A DNA stretch of 64,000 nt, from NCBI GenBank assembly GCA_902779135.1, contig CACZAR010000004.1, positions 308-64,307 on the forward strand, read 5' to 3'. The stretch's first letter is position 1, and each line of letters starts with the position of its first letter. The notes beneath the pieces are model-generated. The model saw only the letters and a list, made by a program, of their open reading frames with translations. It did not search any database and was not told the origin of the DNA. The stretch is from an uncultured Coriobacteriaceae bacterium. Lineage in GTDB: Bacteria > Actinomycetota > Coriobacteriia > Coriobacteriales > Eggerthellaceae. Position numbers and translations under genes: made by a program. This document shows, in pieces, positions 1-8,899 of this stretch.

Positions 1-237
1 TGGAATGGCCCGATGGGCGTATTCGAGATGGACGCTTTCGCAGAGGGCACAAAGCAGGTTGCTCTGGCCGTTGGTGCCAACAAAGAAGCTGATACCATCA
101 TCGGCGGCGGTGACAGCGTTGCAGCTGTCAACAAGTTCAAGCTCGCTGACCAGATGACCTTCATCTCCACCGGTGGCGGTGCTTCCATGGAGCTTGTCGA
201 AGGCAAGACGCTTCCTGGCGTCGCTGCACTCGCCTAA
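1..237 (+). CDS. pgk: phosphoglycerate kinase, C-terminal end (5' part lies outside the window)
   Basis: Reading from base 1 gives WNGPMGVFE...IIGGGDS...[23 protein letters not shown], the conserved Pgk C-terminus. tpiA follows directly, as in the usual pgk-tpi cluster. Confidence 0.9.
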   Translation, partial: WNGPMGVFEMDAFAEGTKQVALAVGANKEADTIIGGGDSVAAVNKFKLADQMTFISTGGGASMELVEGKTLPGVAALA

Positions 238-314
238 GGCGCTATTACAATCCACCAGGTTATACAACCTGGTGGATTGTTTCTTTAAACCCGATAAAGA
301 ATGGAGCATGATTT

Positions 315-1085
315 ATGGCACGCAAATATATGATGGCAGGCAATTGGAAGATGAACAAAACGATTGGCGAAGCCGTCGTTCTTGCACAGGACATCTCGAA
401 TCAATATGAGGATAGCTGGCTGAAGAACTGCGACGTTGTCGTTTGCCCGCCATTCGTCGACCTCAAGCCTGTCAAAACTGTTTTCGAATTCGACCGCATC
501 GAAATCGGCGTAGGCGCTCAAAACGTTCATTGGGCAGAATCTGGCGCATATACCGGTGAGATCTCTGTACCGATGCTTAAAGAAACTGGCTGCGGTTGGT
601 GCATCATCGGCCATTCCGAGAGGCGCGAGATGTTCGGTGAGACCAATGAGGGCGTCAACAAGAAAGCCAAAGCGCTCCTCGCCGCCAAGATCAATCCAAT
701 TATCTGCGTAGGCGAGTCTCTCGCCATTCGCGACGAAGGCACGACGCTTGATTTCGTGTGCGCACAGGTCAAAGCCGCATTTGCGGGCATCGAACCCGAT
801 GAAGCAAAAGATTGCGTGATCGCGTATGAGCCGATCTGGGCAATCGGAACTGGTCGTACCGCAACGCCTGAACAGGCTCAGGAAGTATGCGCGGCAATCC
901 GCTCTACCATCGCTGACATGTACGGCGCCCAGGTTGCTGAGGAGATGCGCGTGCTTTACGGCGGCTCCATGAACCCCGGCAATGTAAGCCTGCTCATTGC
1001 TGAGCCCGATATCGACGGCGGCCTCATTGGAGGCGCAGCACTGAAGAAGGAGTCGTTCGTACAGCTGATCGAAGCCTGCAAGTAA
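315..1085 (+). CDS. tpiA: triosephosphate isomerase
   Basis: 256 aa with the motifs AGNWKMN, IIGHSERR and AYEPIWAIGTG. GGAG RBS lies 9 nt upstream of the ATG. Confidence 0.95.
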   Translation: MARKYMMAGNWKMNKTIGEAVVLAQDISNQYEDSWLKNCDVVVCPPFVDLKPVKTVFEFDRIEIGVGAQNVHWAESGAYTGEISVPMLKETGCGWCIIGHSERREMFGETNEGVNKKAKALLAAKINPIICVGESLAIRDEGTTLDFVCAQVKAAFAGIEPDEAKDCVIAYEPIWAIGTGRTATPEQAQEVCAAIRSTIADMYGAQVAEEMRVLYGGSMNPGNVSLLIAEPDIDGGLIGGAALKKESFVQLIEACK

Positions 1086-1196
1086 GCTATTTGCCAGGTA
1101 GTTTGTGAAGTGTTGGTCGATTATTAGTTAATTCACAAGTTTGACGTATAATCCATAACTTGCGAGTAAACGAAGTAATCGAACGTGGAGAATGAT

Positions 1197-1451
1197 ATGA
1201 ACCCGCTGCTTGTAATACTGTTGATCCTCCTGGTGATTTCCGGGTCCGGCCTCATCGTCTTCATCTTGCTGCATTCCGGCAAGGGGACGGGCGTTTCCGA
1301 TATGATTTCCAGCTCTTTCTATTCAACGCAAGGCGGAACGAGCATCGTTGAGAAGAACCTCGACCGCATCACCATCGTGTTCGCGATTGTATTCTTCCTC
1401 TCGATTGTGGCTCTCATGTTCGTTTATCCACAAGGAACGATTCTTCATTAA
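1197..1451 (+). CDS. secG: preprotein translocase subunit SecG
   Basis: Small two-TM protein (MNPLLVILLILLVISGSGLIVFILLHSGKG...) in the conserved position after tpiA. ATG at 1197 is preferred over GTG at 1185 because the GGAGA RBS sits at 1187-1191. Confidence 0.8.
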   Translation: MNPLLVILLILLVISGSGLIVFILLHSGKGTGVSDMISSSFYSTQGGTSIVEKNLDRITIVFAIVFFLSIVALMFVYPQGTILH

Positions 1452-1514
1452 TTTTCTTCTTCACAAGTGGGCAACGTTCGGTTAGAATAGCTTGCGTTGC
1501 TCACGCAGCACCAA

Positions 1515-1604
1515 GTCGGAGTGGCGGAATTGGCAGACGCGCTAGCTTGAGGTGCTAGTGCCCAAACTTCGGGCTTGCGGGTTCAAGTCCCGCCTCCGAC
1601 ACCA
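1515..1604 (+). tRNA. tRNA-Leu(GAG), type II with long variable arm, CCA encoded
   Basis: Acceptor stem GTCGGAG/CTCCGAC. Anticodon arm CTAGC-ttGAGgt-GCTAG. T-arm GGTTCAAGTCC. Ends ACCA. Confidence 0.9.
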
Positions 1605-1613
1605 GAAACAAAG

Positions 1614-1644
1614 GAAGCGCCTTTCGAGGCGCTTCTTCATTTTT
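1614..1644. terminator. intrinsic terminator hairpin between tRNA-Leu and the convergent HAD gene
   Basis: GAAGCGCC-tttcga-GGCGCTTC followed by ttcattttt. Confidence 0.65.
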
Positions 1645-1670
1645 AGATGCGCATGTCTCTTTTGCCTGTT

Positions 1671-2372
1671 CTACAACAGGCTCACCAAGTCGGTGAGAAC
1701 TGGGATGGTTTCGTATCTGCAATCCGGGAATCGACCATTTCTGTCGATTATCACAGGACGTATGCCAGCGTTGAAAGCACCATCGCCGTCTGCTTCGGGC
1801 AGATCTCCAACATGTATGGCATGGGTCGCGTCAACACCCATGCGTTCGAGCGCAATCTCGAATATGGCACTCGAAGGCTTTCGATAACCTACGGCAGCAG
1901 AGGCGACAACGTCGTCGAGATAGGGAAGAGACCCGATACTTCTTAGCAATCGCTCCAATGTGGCGTCCCAGTTCGATATGACACCTAGTTTGAACCCACG
2001 GCGCTTCAACCCCTTGAGACAAGCTTGCACGTCCCCAAATAGCGACCAGTTGCTTGGATCGAGGTATTCATCGTACACCGCCTGCGCTAGGCGGGGGATG
2101 TCGCCTTCAAGCTCGCAACGATTGGCGAGTATCGTGTACATGTCGAGCCAAAGATTCACTGCACGATCGTGATCGCACCAGAAATCGCCGTCCTTGAGAT
2201 ACTCGGATTCGTAGAATTCATCAACTTCAGCCATAAAGGGCTCAACATCTCGCACGGTGATCGGATATCCAAGACGTCGTGCAACACGAGCAAAAACTTC
2301 AGGCACAGGAGGATCGGCTTTCAACAGCGTGTTTCCCACATCGAAGAATACGGCCATGCCGTTTTCCGACAT
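1671..2372 (-). CDS. HAD-superfamily hydrolase (subfamily IA-like)
   Basis: 233 aa. N-terminal AVFFDVGNTLL (motif I-like), ISNWD, and C-terminal HVGD...D motifs. AAGGAG RBS lies 5 nt upstream of the ATG. Confidence 0.8.
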   Translation of the reverse strand: MSENGMAVFFDVGNTLLKADPPVPEVFARVARRLGYPITVRDVEPFMAEVDEFYESEYLKDGDFWCDHDRAVNLWLDMYTILANRCELEGDIPRLAQAVYDEYLDPSNWSLFGDVQACLKGLKRRGFKLGVISNWDATLERLLRSIGSLPYLDDVVASAAVGYRKPSSAIFEIALERMGVDATHAIHVGDLPEADGDGAFNAGIRPVIIDRNGRFPDCRYETIPVLTDLVSLL

Positions 2373-2428
2373 TGAAGCTCCTTACAAAGGAAATTATTGA
2401 CTGTGCGTATGATAAACCACGCGCAATG

Positions 2429-2450
2429 AAAAACGCCCCAGAGGGGCGTT
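2429..2450 (-). terminator. hairpin plus T-run after the minus-strand tRNA pair
   Basis: AACGCCCC-aga-GGGGCGTT. On the minus strand it is followed by TTTTT. Confidence 0.5.
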
Positions 2451-2458
2451 TGGAATTC

Positions 2459-2532
2459 TGGAGGCGACGCCCGGATTCGAACCGGGGGTGAAGGCTTTGC
2501 AGGCCTCTGCCTTACCACTTGGCCACGTCGCC
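2459..2532 (-). tRNA. tRNA-Cys(GCA)
   Basis: The reverse complement reads GGCGACGTGGCCAAGTGGTAAGGCAGAGGCCTGCAAAGCCTT...GGTTCGAATCCGGGCGTCGCCTCCA. Anticodon loop is cuGCAaa. Confidence 0.9.
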
Positions 2533-2583
2533 ATATGTTAAAAAAAGCCGGCCAAGCTTTAAACTGACCGGCCTTCAACACTC

Positions 2584-2659
2584 TGGAGCGGACAACGGGG
2601 TTCGAACCCGCGACCCCCACCTTGGCAAGGTGGTGCTCTACCAGCTGAGCCATGTCCGC
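2584..2659 (-). tRNA. tRNA-Gly(GCC)
   Basis: The reverse complement reads GCGGACATGGCTCAGCTGGTAGAGCACCACCTTGCCAAGGTGG...GGTTCGAACCCCGTTGTCCGCTCCA. Anticodon loop is ttGCCaa. Confidence 0.9.
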
Positions 2660-2832
2660 GTCGGCAAGGAGATATACTAGCCTAACCGAATTGCCGATGC
2701 AAGGACATTTTTGAAAAACTGGAGCAAGATGGCGAAATGATGAATATGAAGCACCTGTGCAGTTCGCTTTTGACAGATTCATTCAATCTGCTAGACTATC
2801 CAATCGCTGACACGATAGTGTCATCCCAGAGC

Positions 2833-2907
2833 GGGCGTTTAGCTCAGGGGGAGAGCGCTTCCCTGACACGGAAGAGGCCACAAGTTCAAATCTTGTAACG
2901 CCCACCA
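2833..2907 (+). tRNA. tRNA-Val(GAC), integration target of the island
   Basis: Acceptor stem GGGCGTT/AACGCCC. Anticodon arm CTTCC-ctGACac-GGAAG. T-arm AGTTCAAATCT. Ends ACCA. Confidence 0.9.
2863..2907 (+). repeat. attL direct repeat (3' 45 nt of tRNA-Val)
   Basis: CTGACACGGAAGAGGCCACAAGTTCAAATCTTGTAACGCCCACCA is identical to 12036..12080. Confidence 0.9.
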
Positions 2908-3009
2908 CGAACAAGCAGGTCAACCGCATAATCGGTTGACCTGTTTTCGTTTTAGGGGGTTTTGCCGCACCAGTTGGTGCAAATGCGATGCAAAGCGAAC
3001 ACCTGTTCT

Positions 3010-3597
3010 TTACTTCAAATCGTCCATGAAACCGGCTGAAGCCCATACGTTTTCGGGCACCGGATGACTGTACGTGTTGAGCAACATCGTGGGCTTGATC
3101 CACCCTCCGTGAGCCTGCGCGATGGGGATGTCCATTCCATTTGCAAGGCGTCGCGTGAAATGGCTGTGCCGTAGTTCGTGGAACACGAGGCCACGGTAGT
3201 GCTTCTTCACTTTTGGGCGCTTGTGAGTGCGCGAGTACCGCTTTCCGGTTTCGTTGCAATTCCAGCCACGTTCATCGCGCCACTCGATAATGCAATCAGA
3301 ATATGGGGTAGGATCATCACCGATCGTCAATTCGACGATCCGCTTGCCATCGTCTGACACCCAATGCCTGAAACCATTCGCGACGCAGAAATCCCGGAAC
3401 CATTTGGAGAACTTCGGATGCCCGACCCAATCCCCGTAGGCGTTTGTGACTATGGGGGTTCCGGTTCCTTGCTCTATTCCGAGCTCATTAAGAATCGAGC
3501 GCGAGTACTGGGCGCAGAGGAGGCTGGCAATCCGCGAGGCTGCGGATGTAGGCCGCGACGTGGAAAGCGCGGATAAGCGCGGTGCCGAGTACGCCAT
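3010..3597 (-). pseudogene. tyrosine recombinase/integrase, C-terminal catalytic fragment only
   Basis: 195-aa ORF carrying HELRHSH (H-x-x-R box), GGW and LNTYSH (catalytic Tyr). The N-terminal core-binding domain and the Arg-I region are absent. The reading frame is closed at 3597. Confidence 0.75.
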
Positions 3598-4492
3598 CCA
3601 TGGCGAAGCCGGCGTTCGATCGGGCAGTGCGAGGGATTCCCGCTACCAGGCGCAGAAGCAGCATATCCGCTCGGCTGTGCGCGCCGCCTCGGAGCGCGCC
3701 GTCGACTTCGAGTCGTTCGCTGAAATCCTGAAGTCCGAGCACGGCATCACCGCTACGATGTCGCGCGGGCGGATAGCCTACGGTCACCCGGATCGCGACA
3801 GGAACGTCACGGGCCGCGCGCTCGGGATCGACTTCGAGTGGCCCGTCATCGAGGCGAACATCAGGCACCGCATCGAGCACGGCCGGATACCCGCGCGTCA
3901 GTCGCTCATCTCTGAGATCGACGACGCGATACGGGCGAAGGGAGCGGCGTACAAGAACAGGGTCGCAGCCTCGAACGTGCGAAAGCTGTCCGAGACGATC
4001 TCGTTCCTGCAGGAGGCAGGCTTCGAGTCGAGGGGCGATCTCGACGCCGCAGTGGAGCAGTCGACGAAAGAGCTCTCGAACATCGACGATGCGCTCAAGT
4101 CGAAGGAGGCGGAGATCCGCCGGATAGGCCAAGCAATCCGCGCCTCGGGCGGGTACCTATCCAACCGCGGCGTATGGCGTGCGTATCGCGAGGCTTCCAA
4201 CCGCAGAGCGTTCTACGTCACGCACAAGCGCGAGCTCGAGGAATGCAACTGGGCCCGCAAGACACTCTCCGAGCTGTTCCCAGGCGGCAAGGCTCCGTCC
4301 TTGAAGGAAACGATGGAGACGAAGTCGCGCCTCGAGCGCGAGCGCGACTCGCTCTACGAGAGGTGGTGCGACGAGCGCCACCGCCACCGCGAGATCTCCG
4401 TCGCCAAGAGCAACGTCGACGCCGCCCTCGGCGGGCGTATGGAAAGGGTGGCGGGGATGCGCATGAAACGGGGAGGGCCCGAACTCGAGTAG
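3446..4492 (+). pseudogene. MobP-type relaxase, C-terminal fragment only (nuclease domain missing)
   Basis: From about 3620 the translation resembles the non-catalytic C-terminal part of relaxase/mobilisation proteins (DFESFAEILKSEHGI...; SFLQEAGFES...; AYREASNRRAFYVTHKRELEE...). No HxH nuclease region is present. The first ~50 codons overlap the integrase fragment on the opposite strand. Confidence 0.6.
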
Positions 4493-4767
4493 GCGCGCAT
4501 CACATCGCGCGTACCCGCAAGCAGGTCCCGCAATCCCCAACAATTGCGGGGCCATCACTTTCACGCCAAACACAAGTATTCTTTGATTCCGATCCGCAAC
4601 GATTTCGTAGATTCATACCTCTTTGATGGCGCGAATTACTGGGTCGTCCTTGCGCGAATAACGCGCAAGTCAACGGTCCAAAGGCCGCGGTTGCATCGCC
4701 AGATGCCGGCAGCTCCAGCTGCCAGGAAGGCGGGTTCGGGGAGCCTCCCCGACAAGGCCAGGGACGC

Positions 4768-5193
4768 ATGGAGCGGCTCTGGTACATCTTGCTCACCTTC
4801 TTAGATGAGCAGGGCACGGAGGCGTACTTCCACGACCAGATCATCTACTGCGACGACACGCCTGATTCCAAGGTACAGAAGAACGTGTGGAGGCGCGAGC
4901 TCGGTACTCTGGAAATGTACGAATCGCAACAGCAGGTGCCACCTTGGGTCTCGACTCTGGACGAATCGGAACTGCCAAGCGGCTTCTCGGTCGTGCGGGC
5001 CGGCAACATCGAGGACGTTGCAACCTGCCGGGGGGTCGACATCCCCTATGAAGAGGGTTTCATTTACCGCGTGACCGTGGATGGCTTTATCGTGTCTGAC
5101 AACGTGACCGCCACCGCCGAGAACATCAATGCCGGGTTCGCCTACAGCGACAACAATCCCGTGAAGCTGACCTTCACCCTCGCTGCGCAATAA
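4768..5193 (+). CDS. hypothetical protein (island cargo)
   Basis: 141-aa ORF with no motif I recognise and no clear RBS. It may be a gene remnant. Confidence 0.3.
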   Translation: MERLWYILLTFLDEQGTEAYFHDQIIYCDDTPDSKVQKNVWRRELGTLEMYESQQQVPPWVSTLDESELPSGFSVVRAGNIEDVATCRGVDIPYEEGFIYRVTVDGFIVSDNVTATAENINAGFAYSDNNPVKLTFTLAAQ

Positions 5194-5384
5194 CCGTCTG
5201 GCATGGGTGCTCACCCGTGCGCATGTTGTCGGTCGAGAACAAAACGATCCTTTTGATTCGAGCGCCTGCTTACCTCGAACGCGGTTTCCCTTGCAATACC
5301 GATGATGTATTCGATATATTATCTGTATCAAATTAGCCATTGAAGCACTTAGGCGGACTCTTTGCGGCGGCGGGGAGGAACACA

Positions 5385-5750
5385 ATGGAAATGGATTTGC
5401 GGCTCAACATAGTCAAAGATTGCCCGTGTCTCGATCCCTGCCCTGCGGATGCGATGTTTCGTCATATCGGCGGCAAATGGAAGATCAAGGTGCTATGCAC
5501 GCTCCACTACAATGAAACGCTGCGCTATAGCGACATTAAGCGCCTGGTGACCGGGATAAGTCCTACGATGCTAGCGAACTCGTTGCGCGAACTCGAGGAG
5601 AGCGGGCTCGTGGCGCGCGAGATTCAGGATACCATGCCAGTGCGCGTTGACTATTCGCTTACCGATGCCGGACGCAGCCTCATTCCCATCCTTGACGACT
5701 TGAAGCTCTGGATGGTGGCTCACGAACCCGACTTGTATCACGAGCTGTGA
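5385..5750 (+). CDS. HxlR-family winged-helix transcriptional regulator
   Basis: CPxxxxxxxIGGKWKxxVLxxL...RYSDIKR...ISPTMLANSLRELEESGLV.R is the typical HxlR signature. GGAGG RBS lies 6 nt before the ATG at 5385. Confidence 0.85.
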   Translation: MEMDLRLNIVKDCPCLDPCPADAMFRHIGGKWKIKVLCTLHYNETLRYSDIKRLVTGISPTMLANSLRELEESGLVAREIQDTMPVRVDYSLTDAGRSLIPILDDLKLWMVAHEPDLYHEL

Positions 5751-5904
5751 CTCTCTTTGTGGGACTGAACTCGCTTTCGCGGTTTTGACTTGCTACGTAA
5801 AACCGTAGCACATCCACTATTACTGCGTTATTGCCAAACGCCAACGCCTCTTTCATCATTGTAAGTACGGAATATATATCGACTACAAATGAAAGAGGGA
5901 GTAT

Positions 5905-8277
5905 ATGTCAAAGAACGATTTGACACGCCGGACCTTCCTGAAGGCAACGGGTGCGGTCGGCGCTGCTGCCGCAGTTGGGGTGGGCGCGTGTGCCGTAGCG
6001 CCTCAAGCGTCTGGTGCCGTCGGGCAAGCGCTTGCAGACGAGGGCTCCGACGAGCGCATCGTGTGGTCCCATTGCCACGTGAACTCCATCAAATACGTGG
6101 AGTCCGACAACACGGGCAGCGCCGAATTCGGTGACATCCAGATGCGCGCGTGCCTGCGCGGGCGTTCGATCCGCCGTTGGCTCGACCATCCGGACCGCTT
6201 GAACTACCCGCTGAAGCGCCGTGAGGGCACCAAGCGCGGTGAGGGCGTCTACGATCAGATCACGTGGGACGAGGCGCTCGATACTATCGCAAGCGAGTTC
6301 ACGCGCATCAAGGAGACCTACGGTAACGAGGCGATTTTCATCCAGGAATGCTCGGGCGTCGAGCAGAACATCATGATGAACAACCCGTTCTTCCGCCTGT
6401 TCAACCTTCTGGGCGGCGAGGTCACGCGCTACGGCAACTACTCCAACTGCGCGATCAACTTCGGGTCGAACCCGTTCACCTACGGTGACAGCTGGGGTCG
6501 TCGCTCGTTTAAGTCGCTACAGAATAATCAGCTCGTAGTGCTGTTCGGAGACTCGGTCATGGATATGCGTATGGGCGGTGACGGTGCCGGTTACGACCTG
6601 AACGTCGCCATGGAGAAGCAGAATGTGCGCGTCATCATGATCGACCCGCGCCGCAACGAGGTCGCCACCAACAAAGGCGCCGAGTGGATTCCCATCCGCC
6701 CCGGCACCGACGCGGCGCTCGTGGCCGGTATCGCACACGAACTCGAGGAGCTGGGCCTTACCGACCGCGAGTTCCTGAAGAAGTACTGCGTGGGCTACAC
6801 CGAAGACACGCTGCCGAAGGGCGCGCCGAAGAACTCGTCGTATTACGCCTACATCATGGGCAAGGGCTACGACATGGTCGAGAAGACTCCTGCCTGGGCC
6901 GCCGGGATAACCGGCATCCCCGAGGTTCGCATCAAACAGCTTGCCAAGGAAATCGGCGAGGCGAAACCGCTGTTCGTCGCACAGGGTTGGGGCATGCAAC
7001 GTCATGCCAACGGCGATTTCGCGGCGCGCGCCGTCATGCTGCTGCCGCAGTTGGTAGGCCAAGTGGGCAAGCCCGGCACCAACGCAGGCACCCACGAGGG
7101 CAATGCGGGTTTCCCTCTGTCCTCGTTGCCGACCGGTGACAATCCCATACAGGCTCAGTTTCCCAACTATTTGTGGCCCGAGGCCATCAAGGACGGTCCG
7201 GCGCTCACCGCCAAGAAGGATGGCATCAAGGGCGCGGATGCGTTGCCCGCATCCATCAAGTTCCTCGTGAACTATGGCAACAACATGCCAGCAGGTCAGA
7301 ATGGCGATATCAATTACACGGCCGAGATCCTGCGCGACGATAGCCTGTGTGAGTTCATCCTATGCTACGACGTGATGATGACGCCTTCGGCGAAGTTCGC
7401 CGACATCATTCTGCCCGATCTGACGCCTCAAGAGACCTATTCGCTTTCAGCCGCCGGCGAGATGAACGACAGCTTGGGTATCTGGTTCGGCCAGCCCATC
7501 CGCGAACCGCTGTATGAGCGCCGCGAAGTGTACGAGGTGTGCGGCGAACTGGCCAAGCGCCTAGGAGTCTACGAAGAGTACTCCGAGGGTGGCATGACAC
7601 GCGAGGACTGGTGTCGCAAGCTTTACGATGAACTGCGCGAACAGGTCGACGGCCTTCCCACCTACGACGAGGGCGTGGCGATGGGCATGTACAAGCGCAA
7701 GGTCGACATCGACGCGAGCACCGATCCGTTCATCGAGGATCCTGAGAAGAATCCGCTTGCGACCGAAACGGGCAAAATCCAGGTGTACTCGCCCGAACTG
7801 GCGAAGCTGGCAAAGGAGTGGGAGCTGCCCGAGGGCGACGCCATCGTGCCGATTCCCGCGTACGTTGCCGGCTTCGAAGGCGCGGGAACCCAGACCGACG
7901 AGCGTCCGCTGCAGCTGTTCTCGTTCCACTACCGCGCCCACACGCACTCGACCTACGCCAACAATGAGGTCATTCAGAAGAGCGCGACGCATCAGCTGTG
8001 GATCAATCCCGCCGACGCCGAGCCGCGCGGGATCGCCGACGGCGATACGGTGAGCGTGGTCACGGACCGTGGCGAGGTGCGCATCCTGGCCAAGGTGACC
8101 AACCGCATCGTGCCTGGTGCCGTTGCGCTACCCGAGGGCGGTTGGTACGACCCTGACCCGAACGGCATCGACAAGGGAGGTTGCATCAATACGCTCGTCA
8201 GCCGTCATGTCAATCCTGTCTCTAAGGGAACTGGCCAGCAGAGCAGCATCTGCGAAGTCAAGAAAGTAGGTGCGTAA
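5905..8277 (+). CDS. DMSO-reductase-family molybdopterin oxidoreductase, catalytic subunit (DmsA-like), Tat-exported
   Basis: 790 aa with Tat signal TRRTFLKATGAVGAAAAVG. Collinear similarity to DmsA throughout (RACLRGRS, IDPR, WIPIRPGTDAAL, QGWG.QRHANG, FHYR.H.HST, KGGCIN). Confidence 0.9.
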   Translation: MSKNDLTRRTFLKATGAVGAAAAVGVGACAVAPQASGAVGQALADEGSDERIVWSHCHVNSIKYVESDNTGSAEFGDIQMRACLRGRSIRRWLDHPDRLNYPLKRREGTKRGEGVYDQITWDEALDTIASEFTRIKETYGNEAIFIQECSGVEQNIMMNNPFFRLFNLLGGEVTRYGNYSNCAINFGSNPFTYGDSWGRRSFKSLQNNQLVVLFGDSVMDMRMGGDGAGYDLNVAMEKQNVRVIMIDPRRNEVATNKGAEWIPIRPGTDAALVAGIAHELEELGLTDREFLKKYCVGYTEDTLPKGAPKNSSYYAYIMGKGYDMVEKTPAWAAGITGIPEVRIKQLAKEIGEAKPLFVAQGWGMQRHANGDFAARAVMLLPQLVGQVGKPGTNAGTHEGNAGFPLSSLPTGDNPIQAQFPNYLWPEAIKDGPALTAKKDGIKGADALPASIKFLVNYGNNMPAGQNGDINYTAEILRDDSLCEFILCYDVMMTPSAKFADIILPDLTPQETYSLSAAGEMNDSLGIWFGQPIREPLYERREVYEVCGELAKRLGVYEEYSEGGMTREDWCRKLYDELREQVDGLPTYDEGVAMGMYKRKVDIDASTDPFIEDPEKNPLATETGKIQVYSPELAKLAKEWELPEGDAIVPIPAYVAGFEGAGTQTDERPLQLFSFHYRAHTHSTYANNEVIQKSATHQLWINPADAEPRGIADGDTVSVVTDRGEVRILAKVTNRIVPGAVALPEGGWYDPDPNGIDKGGCINTLVSRHVNPVSKGTGQQSSICEVKKVGA

Positions 8278-8280
8278 ATC

Positions 8281-8898
8281 ATGACCCAGTACGGATTCTT
8301 CTACGACGCCACGCGTTGCACGGGATGCAAGACGTGCGAGCTGGCGTGCAAGGACTACAAGGATTTGCCGGTCGATTTCTCGTTCCGTCATGTGTACGAG
8401 GTCGAGGGCGGCAGCTGGCAACAAGACGATGCCGGCTTCTGGACGACCGATTCCTACACATACTACCTGTCGATGTCGTGCAACCATTGCGACGAACCTG
8501 CCTGCACGCACGCGTGCCCGACTGGCGCCATGCACAAGGATACCGATACCGGTATCGTCTCGGTTGACGAGGCGAAGTGCATCGGTTGTGGCTACTGTGC
8601 GATGGCGTGCCCCTACGACGCACCGACGGTATCGAAGGAAATTGGCCATTCCGCGAAGTGCAACGGGTGCGCCGAGCGCGTAGCTGCCGGCATGCAGCCC
8701 ATCTGCGTCGAGGCGTGCTCGGGACGTGCGCTGTTCTTCGCGCCGATAGACGAACTGCCTTCCGGTGAGGGGCGTGCCGATATTGCACCGTTGCCCGCGG
8801 AGGATTTCACGGGTCCCAACCTGTACCTGAAGAAATGCGTGAGCATGCAGCCGGTTGCGACCGACGTGGCGATTTCTAACATCTTGGAGGTGATGTAA
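8281..8898 (+). CDS. 4Fe-4S ferredoxin-type electron-transfer subunit (DmsB-like)
   Basis: MTQYGFFYDATRCTGCKTCELACKD..., CNHCDEPACTHACPTGA, CIGCGYCAMACPY, CNGC....C..ACS: four Cys clusters typical of DmsB. Confidence 0.9.
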   Translation: MTQYGFFYDATRCTGCKTCELACKDYKDLPVDFSFRHVYEVEGGSWQQDDAGFWTTDSYTYYLSMSCNHCDEPACTHACPTGAMHKDTDTGIVSVDEAKCIGCGYCAMACPYDAPTVSKEIGHSAKCNGCAERVAAGMQPICVEACSGRALFFAPIDELPSGEGRADIAPLPAEDFTGPNLYLKKCVSMQPVATDVAISNILEVM

Positions 8899-8899
8899 C

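Noticed and set aside
1552-3259. ORFs 1552..1887, 1647..1946, 2279..2491, 2321..2782 and 2783..3259, which overlap the tRNA genes and the HAD gene.
   Set aside because: They run through tRNA-Leu, -Cys, -Gly and -Val or lie antisense to the HAD hydrolase or integrase fragment. No motifs are present.
4174-4844. Overlapping ORFs 4157..4573 (-), 4174..4626 (+), 4500..4844 (-) and 4544..4804 (+) downstream of, or within, the relaxase fragment.
   Set aside because: They are mutually overlapping Arg/Pro/Ala-rich frames in a very GC-rich stretch, with no RBS and no motifs. They are treated as non-coding or decayed island sequence.
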